Shown one piece after another: positions 24,714-37,185 of a stretch of 64,000 bases of DNA. The translations under genes were made by a program, and so were the position numbers. Under the pieces are notes generated by a model that made no database searches, was not told the DNA's origin, and saw only the letters and a list, made by a program, of their open reading frames with translations. Position 1 is the stretch's first letter, and each line of letters begins with the position of its first letter. This DNA is from Octopus vulgaris (taxonomy: Eukaryota): the NCBI GenBank assembly GCA_951406725.2, contig OX597818.1, positions 98,146,001 through 98,210,000 of the forward strand, read 5' to 3'.

Positions 24714-25316
24714 TCAGGGAGAAAATTATATTATCAATAGTAGCAAAGGGTAAAATTAATTAATTAACTAGTAATCAATAATTTCACCAAGTAGAATTCG
24801 GCATGAAAAAGGACCATTTCACGGTAAACCTAAGTAATACTTTATAATTAGGGTTCAGCAAAGATTTGCTTTACCACATACCGAAGTTTAGAAATAGCAG
24901 CCAAAGAACCTTAGCTATTTCCTCTACTTTAAAAAGAGACTCCCGGAAAAAACAAAGTACTCGAAAACAATCCACGAAAATCAATCGATATTTGATTAAC
25001 CCATGTACGCGTTTCGGAATTAGATCGGCATAAAGAATGTAGAATTTATGCTTTACCCGAACATTTTCTTCATCAGCATGGGAATTCACAATATTAAATA
25101 TTAAAAATATTAAATCCGAAGGCACTGGAAGAATTGAATATACCTCTCCAACTAACAGTATCAGACAGATCATATTCAACGTCCAGTACCGCCAAATTCA
25201 AAATATACGAATGAGGTTCATCACCATCCCCTGCCCATCCACGTGTGTCGTCAAGTAAAAATACTACAGAAAAAATCTGTAGTTTATTATCAGGGAGAAA
25301 ATTATATTATCGATAA
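24714..25316 (-). mobile_element. Penelope-like pseudo-LTR unit (family H2) with partial tandem repeat; continues at 30223-30500
   Basis: Direct repeat TCAGGGAGAAAATTATATTATC at 24714 and 25290; contains an intact hammerhead; inverted copy of ~25005-25243 at ~30257-30498. Confidence 0.7.
25000..25082 (-). ncRNA. Intact type-I hammerhead ribozyme (Penelope-type)
   Basis: Minus strand CCCATG CTGATGA [AGAAAATGTTCGGGTAAAGCATAAATTCTACATTCTTTATGCCGATCTAATTCC] GAAAC GC GTA CATGGG: 6-bp stem I, CUGAUGA, GAAA, palindromic stem III ACGCGT, GUA cleavage triplet. Confidence 0.8.
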
Positions 25317-26394
25317 CTAGCAGAGATACCCGGCGTTGCCCGGTTACATTCAATTGAAGAATTAGACTTTTCTGTTATATTTTCTGAATGAACTGGAATA
25401 TCTATGTTTCGAATTTCATCAAAATTGCAGATGAAGGTTATTTCCCTCTTTACACACCCTAAAAAAATTGTAATTGTGCCACATGGAAACCAAAATACGA
25501 ATGATCACAATAAGCAGTCAGTTACCCTACCCTAGTCGTTACCACTCCCAATGTAGGATTCCTCACCATCCAGGTGACAGGCACAGCCATAAGATGCATT
25601 ACGAATCTATAGCAATTGGAAGGGCGTGACCCAACTGAAGTCAACATTAACAACTGTGTGACGTGGGGGCTTAGGAGAAATTAAAGTGTCACTTCTGGAG
25701 TTTGCAAATGACCACTATACTGATACGTAACTGGACAATGAATTAAAAATCTATAAATGTCTTTGAATAACCAGTCACTCATCTGGGAAGGCCTTGTAAT
25801 AATCTGTTACCATCTGTTACCATCTGAAGACTATGTGTGACCGAGTGATAATAAAAAGACTGAAAGGAGGTCTGCAATCAAATAACTTTGCTCAACACTT
25901 TGCAACTGAATCAGTGGAGACAAAGATGCCTCTCATTTACTTAACAATTTATGCACCACATTGCAGAAATCACAATGTAAGTGTATGTCAAAGCAAACTG
26001 TTACACTGTTGTACCATTGAATTAGAAATAATGTCCAACTTTTATGCTCGGGTATCCCTACAGCTTCCAAGAGCACAACTGTATTCGTTTTTGCTTAGAT
26101 AAAATGACAAAATTGTGGGTGTTAAGTCCCCATGGATGGGTCTTTCTAACTTTGTAAGAAGATGAAATTTTATAAATATTACTTCATTTGTGTTTAATAT
26201 CTATGGTTAAAATTTCATCAACAGCAAAAATATATGAATTGTCATGGGGGTTATGGCCCTTATGCTTAGAATATAATTTCCGAAATTCATAAAGATCCAT
26301 TCAGTACTTTTGACCTAGTTTTGGATCATAAAAGAAATGACTAAAATTTGGGAGTTAAGGCTCTCATTAGGGTGTTATATATATATATATATAT

Positions 26395-26625
26395 TATAGA
26401 AATATTAAAATTACTAAGTCTCTCTAAAGGAGATTACGCCAGCGTCACTGGATATTAATAGTTATCGCCATGCTAATATGGTAGTCTATAAATATAAGAC
26501 TAAAGCTGTCGCTGATTAGCTCCAAGAGGCCATCGCCTCTAGCTAGCTATTTGACACACGAACCTGCGTCCATTACAAACCTTCGAACACGGGAGGTCAG
26601 CCGCTTCACCTTGCTAGTCAGACAT
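26395..26625 (-). mobile_element. Partial copy of structured non-coding element family H3
   Basis: Minus strand GACGCAGGTTCGTGTGTC AAAT AGCTAGCTAGAGGCGATGGCCTCTTGGAGCTA is homologous to the 3' hairpins of 38275-38600 and 53735-54090. Confidence 0.55.
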
Positions 26626-26918
26626 AGATATAGATATAGATATACACACACACACACAAAGATAAATTGGCAGATACAACTGAGTGGGCGAACAAAAATA
26701 TGAGACACAGCCTAGTGTTTTTTTATCTTGATAAGCCTAGTACTTATTCTATTAGTTTGTTCTTGTGAAACCAGTAAGTTTTGTGGATGTAAATAAATGA
26801 ACAGCAGTTGTGAAGCAGTGATGAGGGCGAAACACAGACACAAAGACACACACATACACTTAAATATATACATATATATACGATTGATTTGTTTCAGTTC
26901 CTGTCTACGAAATCCATA

Positions 26919-29492
26919 TATATTGTTGTTGGCATCCTTTTTGTCTCGGGAGACAATGGAGTTGCGCATAAAATAATCTAGTCCGGCTTTTACATTTCAT
27001 GTCCTAATACATCTCCTGCTGTGGCTGTGTAGTCCTATCCTGGACAAACACTCCCTCTGGCAGGTACCGCAAATGTAGCGAAGACTTTGCTCGGCTGGTT
27101 GGAATGTCATACTTTCTTGTTGACGTCTTTTCTTGTCTTTCCATTTCTCCTCTCCCTCTATGTCACTCCTTTGTGTTCCCTCTTTTACGGTACGTCGCCA
27201 ATCTCCACGGTTGCTGGCAACTGCTTCCCAGTTGGTAATATTGATGTTGCAGGCATTCATGTCATTTTGGCAAACATCCTTGTATCGTAAGAACGGTCTT
27301 CCCACAGACCTAGTGCCCCTAGCAAGCTCTCCGTTGAGTATGTCCTTAGGGATTCTGCCATCTTCCATACGGCTAACATGTCGAAGCCATCTCATACGTC
27401 TTTGTGTGAGGAGTGTAAACATGCTTGGTATTCCTGCTTGCTTGAGGACATCTTTGTTGGGGACATGATTTTGCCATTTGATGCGAAGGATTTTCCGGAG
27501 GCAGCGCAGGTGAAAGATATTTAGGCGACGTATGGCGTCGTATGGCGTGTGTATGGCGTCCAAGTCTCACTTCCATATAGTAGAGTGCTAAGCACACATG
27601 CCTGGTAAATCTTCATTTTTGTGGTCTTGGTCAGCTTATTGTTGTCCCATGCCCGTTTGGAGAGTTGGGCCATCACAGCAGCTGCCTTGCCAATGCGTAT
27701 ATTGAGCTCAGTATCAAGGGATAGGTTGTAGGTGACGGTAGAGCCAAGATAGGTAAACTTCTCCACCTCCTGTAGTCTGTAGTCTCCAATATGGATGTTT
27801 GGGATGGTCGATGTAGCCTGACCCATGATGTTGGTCTTCTTGAGACTGATAAATAAGCCAAAGTTGCCACATGCTTGCTCAAAACAGTTGATGAGCCTTT
27901 GTAGGGCTTCTTCTGTGTGTGATACCAGAGTGGCATCATCAGCAAATAGCATCTCCTTGATCAGGACGCTTCTGATTTTGGTCTTGGCACGCAGACGCGA
28001 GAGATGGAACAGTTTCCCATCACTTCTACTGTGCAGATACACTCCATCATCTGATGACACAAAGGCATGTGACAGCAGCAGCGAGAAGAAGATGCCAAAT
28101 AATGTAAGAGCAAGGACCCAACCTTGCTTTACCCCCGTTTTTATTTGGAAGGCGGCTGTTATTGAACCATTGAACTGTATGGTGCCTTGCATATCATCAT
28201 AGAAAGATGTGATGATCCTCAGCAGCTTTGGTGGACATCCGATTTTTTGGAGCAGAATGAAGAGGCCTTTTCTACTTACCAAGTCAAAGGCCTTTGTCAG
28301 TTGCAGCCTGGACAGGATAATGCGAGCAGAGGCCTTTCCAACAGTGCTTAGAAGAGATATTCCACGGTAATTTTTACAATCACCACGGTCACGTTTTTGT
28401 AAAGCATAATGATGTTAGCATCCCGCATATCCTGATGGACTGTACCCTCTTCCCAACACTGACACAGAAGCTCATGAATGTGCTGAAACAGGATGGTGTT
28501 TTTGCCGGTTTTGATGATCTCTAAGGGGATGCCGTCTTTTCCCGGAGCCTTGTTACTTGCTAGGGAGTCAATAGCTTTGCTGAGCTCTGCTATAGATGGC
28601 AGACTGTCAAGTTCACACATGACTGGCAAGATCTTGACACCCTCGATTGCAGCCTCAGCTACCGTGGTCTCTCGTGAGTAGAGATCCTGGTAGTACTCCA
28701 CCCATCTATCCATTTGCTTGCTTTGGTCCTTGATGAGATCCCCAGTAGTTGATTTCAGAGGGGCTGACTTGGTTGCGGATGGACTGAGGGCCTACTTCAA
28801 ACCGGCATACATCCCACGGGTGTCGCCACTGTCAGCAGCTGACTGGATACTCTGACAGATTTCCTGCCAATACCTATTTGCACAGCATCTGGCAGTCAGT
28901 TGGGTTTTATTTCTTGCCTTTCTGAGTTCTTCGAGTGACTTTATTACATCAGAGCTGCACGCTTTGTTTCGATAATTGTTTCCATCTCTGAGAGCCCAGC
29001 ACTGAACAAAATCTGGGTTTTGCCTTTCTCTCATGCCGAAAGTATCTACTGATGTGGTATACAAAACTTCCCTGATATAATTCCACCTACTTTCAGCAGA
29101 GGTGGTTAGACAGCTACTGATGGCAACTTTGATAGAAACAACAAAACATTGTCGCAGTGTAGGGTCGGAGGTTCTGGCAGTGTTAATGCGTGGTCGGCCC
29201 ATTTTCTTAAAGTGATGGACTTTTTAGGCAGAATCCTCACCCTGCTTCTTATTAGTGAATGATCTGTGTCACAATCCGTGCTGTGGTAACTACGAGTCAG
29301 TTGAACAGAATTCAGAAAGAGTCTTCGTGTAATGATGAGATCCAACTGATGCCAGTGGTGAGATCTTGGATGTCTCCAAGATGCCTTGTGGGATGTCTTG
29401 TTGGCAAAGAATGTGTTAGTGATGCACAGGTTATGGTATGTGCAAAATTCAAGTAGTCTCTGGCCATTGTCATTCATGTTGCCAATACCAAA
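26919..29492 (-). mobile_element. RTE-clade LINE, 5'-truncated (endonuclease end, RT and C-terminal Zn-finger-like motif; frameshifted)
   Basis: NGQRLLEFC...TNTFF...SWRHPRSHHWHQLDLII...TDHSL (APE); KAPGKDGIP; GVKQGWVLALTLFGIFFS; MLFADD; FTYLGS; LLYGSETW; CGTCQRECLSRIGLHSH; 3' tail GGATGCC(AAC)n; flanked by long direct repeats. Confidence 0.95.
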
Positions 29493-29510
29493 ACACATAC
29501 ACTTACATAT

Positions 29511-29560
<50 letters not shown>

Positions 29561-30222
29561 GATCGATTTGTTTCAGTTCCTGTCTACGAAATCCATAAAG
29601 GGGTGGGTTACGTAGACAATTATTTAACAAATGCAACACAACAACGTTTCTCTGACGAGGAATCAACAAATGTGATTACAATAGTCAAACAGTAATAATA
29701 GTAACAACAAACCTTTTTAATTTATCCCCATTTATGCGAAACTACTTATTCAAGTTCAAGTCATTGATGCAATTTTATACGAATTGCTAATACACACACA
29801 CATAATAAGGGTGAAAATTGAATAGTAATTTGATTAATATGAATTGAAAACCAGTGGTGTAGCATATAAGACCATAACAGATCTTCTTCTAGCACAATAA
29901 TGACCACTGTTAATGGTTCATCCCTGTTATATAATACTTTCACTTTAATAGTTTCAGTATTAAAGTGAATGTCTGCATTACAATAGAGAGATGTTTTTGT
30001 TTCACTTTTAACACGTAATACTGAAATAGTGGAGAAGATATGATATTGCTGTGGGGTCGCCCTATGGAAAAAGTTAAAATTTTTTTGCCGATGACACTCC
30101 CCGGAGCAAGTAAGGCATGTGCAAAATTTGAATGAAATTGGTTGTGTAGTTCTCAAGTTTTAGGGAAACACACAGACAAACAGACAGACAGACACACATT
30201 CTCAGTTTTATATAGAGAGAGA

Positions 30223-30500
30223 TAACAAAGCGTAAAATTAATTAATTAATTGACCACTACGTGGATGGGCAGGGGATGGTGATGAACCTCATTCGTATAT
30301 TTTGAATTTGGCGGTACTGGACGTTGAATATGATCTGTCTGATACTGTTAGTTGGAGAGGTATATTCAATTCTTCCAGTGCCTTCGGATTTAATATTTTC
30401 AATATTTAATTTTGTGAAGTTCCATGCTGATGAAGAAAATGTTCGGGTAAAGTATAAATTCTACATTCTTTATACCGATCTAATTCCGAAACGCATACAG
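30223..30500 (+). mobile_element. Remainder and inverted segment of Penelope-like unit H2, with second hammerhead copy (cleavage triplet mutated)
   Basis: CCATG CTGATGA...CC GAAAC GCATACAGG at ~30422-30500; reverse complement of 25005-25243. Confidence 0.7.
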
Positions 30501-30660
30501 GCGATCCCTGCAGTACTCTTTCGCCACAACTTTCTCTCACTCTTTCTTCTGTTGGCCTACCCGCTTAGCCAGCGGGGTGGCGTCATTTGGAGGGTAAAAC
30601 AATGCGAAGCGCATTGTGACCAGCGATGTGTAGCAACATCTGATAACCTGGTCGGTCACG

Positions 30661-30721
<61 letters not shown>

Positions 30722-30888
30722 GACGGGCTTCTTTCAGTTTATGTTTACCAAATCCACTCACAAGGCTTTTGTCGGTTCGAAGTTGTAGCAGAAGGCATTT
30801 ACCCAAGGTGCCACACAGTGGAACTGAGCCTGAAGCCATGTGGCTGGGACAAAGAATCTTACCACACAGCTTTCCCTGGACGTATGTA

Positions 30889-31240
30889 TCTCTCTCTATA
30901 TAAACGGCAGTTTGTCTGTGCGTTTTCTGTGTGTCTGTTTTCTCGTACCCTCACTCTGACCACGGCTTTCAACCGATTCTGATGAAACTTGACACACACA
31001 TAGCCCAATGTCATAATTCAAAACTAACGCAGCGAAAATTTTGAAAAGTTCCCCCAGTTCTGAAAAAAATCGATAAATTCGACATGGGGTCGAGAATCAG
31101 AAACCCAAACCACAGACCGTCAAAAAAAATTTACCATAATTTTTTTTCCATTTTTTTGCTATTTTTTGGCTATAACTCTCTAAAAATGCTTTATAGTTAT
31201 TTCCCTTACAAACCTGAGCAACGCCGGGCGATACTGCTAG
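30889..31240 (+). mobile_element. Non-autonomous Helitron
   Basis: A|TCTCTCTCTATA...GAGCAACGCCGGGCGATACTGCTAG|T; same 3' end as 63286-63802. Confidence 0.85.
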
Positions 31241-31328
31241 TACGTATATATAAAAATATTTATATATGTGTGTGTGTGTGTGTGTGTACTGGCGTGTGTG
31301 TGAATGTGTTTGTGTTTGTGTGCATATA

Positions 31329-32085
31329 CAAGGGTTGGACAAAATAATGGAAACACCTAACATCATAGCACCATAATTTCGAAATATCTATAAAACCCCC
31401 AAAAGCTTGTTTATTTATTTATTTTTTTTATTTGTTATTAGTATTGCTTAATATGTTTTGCTAAAATTGCTGTTTCTTTTCAGATATTAAAAAAAGGTCA
31501 TTAAAATTCATTAAAATGACAGATCCATCAGACTTTCAAAGAGGTCAAATTGTTGGTGCTCGTAAGGCAGGCGCTAGCGTAACGAAAACAGCCGAAATGT
31601 TTGGTGTATTAAGAAGTACTGTCTCGAAGGTAATGACAGCCTTTGAGAAAGAGGGAACAACCTCCTCGTCGAAACAGAACTCGGGAAAAAAGCCAAAACT
31701 TTCAGATAGGGACCGTCGGAATCTTACGCGAATTGTTAGAAAGGATCGCAAAAGTACAGCTCCCAAAAATACTGCGGAGTTTAATAATCACCTCGAGAAT
31801 CCAGTTTCCACAAAAACTATTCGCCGGAAGCTTCACAAAACCGGATTTCACGGAAGGGCTGCAATCAGAAAACCACTACTTTCAAAATCAAACGTTGCAA
31901 AGCGTTTAGAATGCAGTAAAAACCTACAGAATTGGTCCCTGGAGCAGTGGGAAAATGTTATTTTCACGGACGAGTCATCCTGTACCTTATTTCCAACCAC
32001 TGGCCGATTTTACATGTGGAGACTGCGAAAAGAAGTATTTGCCCCAGACTACCTTCTTCCAACTGTTAAACAGAGAGGAATTTTA
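31329..32085 (+). mobile_element. Tc1-like transposon, 3'-truncated, same family as 23567-24625
   Basis: TA|CAAGGGTTGGACAAAATAATGGAAACACCT TIR; ORF 31516-32109 with paired-like HTH, RKPLLS and VIFTDES (first catalytic D). Confidence 0.92.
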
Positions 32086-32244
32086 AATATATGGTATTTA
32101 AAATGTTAGCCGGTCAGTTTATAAAATATATATTAATGAAAAGCGAAAATTACAATAATCTAGGACAGTTATAGCAGTTTCTCTTTAAAAAGTCTCAAAC
32201 TATTTGGAATCCACCTAATATACACACATACATACATACATACA

Positions 32245-32280
<36 letters not shown>

Positions 32281-32288
32281 TATATATA

Positions 32289-32562
32289 TCACCTTGATCA
32301 CCTTGAGCGACCAGTCCGTCGGGCGTCCATTTGACACCGCTGGTCACAGCATGCTGTCCACTCCTCTCTGGATCGCGCCTTTCTTATCCATGTGATCCCA
32401 ATCATCCTCCTGAAATCGTAACTCCAGCGTCTTGGAGGCCTTCTGGGTGGTCGTTTCCGCTCGCGCGGGTACCACTCGAGAACTGCGCGGGTCCACCGAC
32501 TATCGGTGAGCCGGGTGACGTGTCCAGCCCATCTAAACTTGCTGCGTCTAAGTTTAGATGGT
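32289..32562 (-). mobile_element. 3' end of an RTE-type LINE (likely partner of SINE family D)
   Basis: Minus frame KFRWAGHVTRLTDSRWTRAVLEWYPRERKRPPRRPPRRW; tail GTGACCAGCG...CTGGTCGCTCAAGGTGAT. Confidence 0.8.
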
Positions 32563-32591
32563 TTATATATATATATATAGATATAGATATA

Positions 32592-32821
32592 CAGGGTTGT
32601 CCAAAAGTCACCCGATAATCAATCAAGATTCCATAAATTCTATCTGTAATTCTGTATTGACTCGAATGGAAAAATGTGTCGTTCAAGGACTTCAGTTTGA
32701 ACAATTTTCGCGTTTCATATTCAGATGCATTTTATTGAATTCATTCAATTTTTTTAAACAAAAATAAACCTTGGAATTAAATGGTTTTGATTTACTGTCA
32801 AGTGAATTTTGGCCAACTCTG
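32592..32821. mobile_element. Tc1/mariner-type MITE
   Basis: TA|CAGGGTTGTCCAAAAGTCAC ... GTGAATTTTGGCCAACTCTG|TA. Confidence 0.7.
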
Positions 32822-33919
32822 TATGTGTGTGTGTGTGTGTAATATTTTTCAACTACTAAATAGCTGTCAATTGTGATGATAGGTATTATTTGCACAGTGT
32901 TTTATGTATATATATAAACATTTTAAAAAACCGTATTACGCATGAAAAGTGATGCAGTAAATTTCTAATTGCTTCGGTTTATTTTTGTTAATTATATTGA
33001 GAATCTTCAAGTGTTGACTAACCAAGCGAACTCTCTCGAGCTAGTAGTAACTGATGACGCTAAAGTTACCACAATAATGATATTTGGTTGATTAATTTTC
33101 TAGTGGACACTTTCATATATACATTCTTATTCTATTATCATGGTATTCCGTCTGCCACTACATTCTGAGTGTTGCCTGAAAAAAAATAACAAGGTAATTG
33201 GTTTTACAGTAAAATACGTGAATCAAACTATAAATTCCATATATACATATTTTTTATTCTTTTACTTGTTTCAGTCATTTGACTGCGGCCCTGCTGGAGC
33301 ACCGCCTACTGTGGGACAAATCGACCCCGGGACTTATTTCTTTTTATGCCTAGTACTTATTCTATCAAACACATTTGCCGAGCCGCTAAGTTACGTGGTA
33401 CCTAAGCACATCAACATCGGTTGTCAAGCGATGGTGGGGCGACAAACACACACACACACACATTGAATTCGGCAGGTTATGAAGTGAGAGCACTGAGAAT
33501 CGGAAGGAATACAGTATTTGACATTCTGTTCTTGGAAAACAGAATTACACGAACCTTTTCGACAGGAGTTTTCGTATTGCGTATAAGGTGTAAGCGGTTT
33601 TGTAGTTCATGTTCTCAAATATAGTTGTCCAGCATGCATGGTTAATATTGATTTCAAATTTTGACAGAAGGCCAGCAATTTCAGGGAAGGGGTCAAAGTC
33701 GATTACACTGACCCCAGTTTTCAACTGGTTCTTATTTTATCGACCCCGAAAGAATGGAAGGCAAGGTCGACCTCAGCAGAATTTGAACTCAGAAGGTGCA
33801 GATGGACGAAAAACCGTTAAGTATTTTGCTCGTCGTGCTAATGATTCTGGCAGCTCGTCGCCTTTACTGAGGGTTAATATTAACAGTAAGAAAACGTTGA
33901 AATCGACAAAAATCAATTT

Positions 33920-34270
33920 ATTTACCCTGCGCGTGTAAGCGAAAGCAGGGTATTGTTGTCGCTCGTCTTTGTCTGTGTGTTTGCAAAATTACTGGAAAAC
34001 AGCTGAATAGATTTTTACCAAATCTAGCAGAAATACTCATTTGGTGGGTAGCTTGAAATGATGAAAATTTGGTTTGATTATCTTCAAAACTGGCGGACGG
34101 TTGATTCAAATTTTCTTTTGTTTACATACGCATAAACGATAAACAAGGAAAATCACTCTTGATGTAATTTTGTTGAAATATGAATTCGCCTGGGAATATA
34201 TTTATTAAATTATATTTTATTTTAACCATTTGTGTGCGCAGGGTGTGCATTGCCCCTCCGATGCCTTTTT
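33920..34270 (+). mobile_element. DINE-1/HINE-like (Helentron-derived) non-autonomous element
   Basis: TTTACCCTGCGC...GCAGGGTA 5' subterminal repeat with internal inversion, GTCTGTGTG tract, 3' GCGCAGGGT followed by hairpin GCATTG...CGATGC and a T-run. Confidence 0.65.
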
Positions 34271-34547
34271 TTGTTTTTCATTTTTTATGAATTTCGTATT
34301 TAGTGAAAGATTGCCGACTGTTGCTTTCCGTATTTAGTGGAAGATTGCCGACTGTTCCTAGTCAGTTTAATTCTTTCTACTATAGGCAAAAGGCCTGAAA
34401 TTTTGTGGGAAGGTGTAAGTCGATTACATCGATCCCAGTACTCAACTGGTACTTAATATATCGGCCCCGAAAGGATGAAAGGAAAAGTCGAACTCGGCGG
34501 AATTTGAACTCAGAATGTAGTGGCAGACGGAATACCACTAAGCATTT

Positions 34548-34607
<60 letters not shown>

Positions 34608-35195
34608 TGTGTGTGTGTGTATTACTATATTTTATAATTTGCTTGCATAGCAGGATACTCTTTGTATCAACTGTTAACTTAAAGAAAGATCATTGAGACT
34701 TCTGCATCCTACCGAAAGTATCACTCCTTCCAGCGGTGTCAAGTAGCTTTGCTGCTTCCAAGGAATGTCTGGGTTGTTTAGGCCTGCACTTAAGCACACA
34801 TTCTCACTCATCCTTATCCATGCATCCACCACACGAAGCTGGGTGCAGTTATACGCTCTTCAGCCATGCAGCAATTATTTTTGCTTAGTACTCGCTCAAG
34901 CTTCTCTTTACTTTCAGGCTTGGCCACTTTTTCTGTGACTCCCCCACACACATAGCTACCAAATCAATGGTAAAACCTTTTCTCTGCAGCTGATGGCGCC
35001 GCCTTTTTCTGTCCTAAGTCAGATTCCAACCAGGTAGGTTACAATGGATTTAGCTACAAACCTATGAAATCTGACTTCGACTCTCCTCGTGTCTCATATA
35101 CACCTTATAAGTATGTATGTATTTATGTATGTATGTATGTATGTATGTATGTATGTATGTATGTATGTATGTATGTATGTATGTATGTATGTATA

Positions 35196-35390
35196 CAGGA
35201 TGGGGTACTGAGAAGTTCTTGGCTTTCGGTAAAAGAAAATACAGAAGGATCTGTTAATTATGATTTTATTCCAAATATTCCCTTCCCAGATTCACACACT
35301 TATTGCAATGGTCCTTCAGTTTTTCTAAGCCCTGTAAAAGAACTCGGAAGGTTGGGCCTCCAACCAGATCTCTGGCGGTACTCTTAAAGC
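35196..35390 (-). mobile_element. Probable mariner 3' end fragment
   Basis: TA-flanked ...GGGGTACTGAGAAGTTCTTGGC terminus; minus frame resembles a mariner C-terminus (FYRA/RK...HCNKCVNLGREY). Confidence 0.5.
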
Positions 35391-35715
35391 TGCTATGGGT
35401 TGGACAGATTGATCAGAGCTCGTAAGTTAGGGAGCTGCACCAGGCTCTAGTCTGATTTAGCATGGTTTCTACGTCTGGATGCCCTTCCTAACGTCATACA
35501 CACACACATATATATATATATACATATATACGACGGGCTTCTTTCAGTTTCCGTCTACCAAGTCCACTCACAAGGCTTTGGTTAGCCTTAGGCTATAATG
35601 GAAGACACTTGCCGAAGGTGCTACGCCGTGGGATTGAAACCGGAACCATATGGTTGGTAAGCAAGCTACTTACCACACAGCTACTCCTATATATATTTAT
35701 CTATATCTATATATC

Positions 35716-35754
<39 letters not shown>

Positions 35755-37154
35755 ATATATGTGTGTGTGTGTATTATACATACACACATATATATATATA
35801 TATATTTACATATATGCATAGAGGGAGAAAGGGAGACAAAGTGACAGATAGACAGACACGCTGACAAATTGAAACTTGTCTTGCATCTGGTAAGAGAGTT
35901 ACATGAAATGCTGTTTCTACAGCTGTTGAAAAGTACATGAAGATTACATTGCCTAGTCAAGAAACACAATCTTTTCGATTGTGTTTCTCGAACGCTGACC
36001 TTCCTAAATTACTTCTTACTTGACATGATCTTCCAATAATTCGGCATTAAACAGTAATCCACCCTATATAGTTTAACTCCTCTAGTTTTCTATGAAACAG
36101 AGTGGAAACTCGCACTCAAGTGTTGGCATCCGGTTTTTCATCATAGAATATATACTTGGATATCTATGATCACCGACTATATTTACAATGAGACCTACTT
36201 ATCTGACCTATTCTTTCATTGAGAAAGTCTTAATCCCACTAAGTGCCACCGGAAAAAATGCTATTGTTCCTAATCACATCACGTCATAAAAAGCCGGTTA
36301 TAAAACGCATTATACGTTACTCAACCTTCTGTTGCGTGAGCTGACCAATGTTGGAAATGCTAGTGACTTAGTGTTTGGTGTCTCATCATAACCACGTAAC
36401 TATGCTATAAATGATGAATAATTTAGCAAATATTCATTTGCAATAATAAGTTACATGCGTGGGCCAGCGGTTCGCTGTTAATGGAGCCTTTGTTATTTAC
36501 GAAAAAGCTGGGGAATGTGACTGATGATGAGAGCGGAACAGGGTTAATTGGTATGATGGTGTTTTGTAGACATAGAAAGTGAACCTGCTGGAAATATGCG
36601 TTTGTAAATCTATCAAGCATTTGCCAACGAGTGCAACACAAATGTTTGATGATTTATAGTTTTCTGAAGCCACGCATTTGTATATAGCAACATAAATAAT
36701 TTCATATATTTTACATATAAGAAAATACTAATAAACACTTGGTTTACATAACTGGCGACCTTATTTTCGATGCTGTGCATATATATATATATATATATAT
36801 ACATAATGAAAGACACAAATGGAAAACAAAACAAACAGCATAAAGAACGACCTATCATCAGTTGTTGGCTGTTTTTCTAGTCTCGTATTTCAAGCATTTA
36901 ACAACAATATACGCTTTCGATAAAACAGTTGCTCCCGCAACGCAAATTAAATATAATCTGGGATTTTGCGGAGGGTCAAAATTGGTAACACAAACAGGGC
37001 AGTGAAAATAAACAGGAAGGGCTGCTAAGCCTAAACGAGGTTGTGGTGGCGAACGTGTAAATCAAGCTTAGACAGGAGACAAACAAGAATACGTCTTCCT
37101 TGTTCCAACTACAACGGAGAGAAAGAAAGAAAAATGGGCCGATATATGTGTGTA

Positions 37155-37185
<31 letters not shown>

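Larger units (their letters stand above)
25317..30222 (-). mobile_element. Non-autonomous Helitron enlarged by nested insertions
   Basis: Minus strand A|TCTCTCTCTATA...(GTCT)n ... CCGGGCAACGCCGGG hairpin ... CTAG|T; joining the flanks (GATAA|TAACAAAGCGTAAAATTAATTAATTAA) restores the second copy of the 24714 repeat. Confidence 0.8.

Noticed and set aside
36400-36530. ATGATGA C-box motifs as a C/D snoRNA
   Set aside because: No convincing terminal stem or recognisable rRNA antisense element
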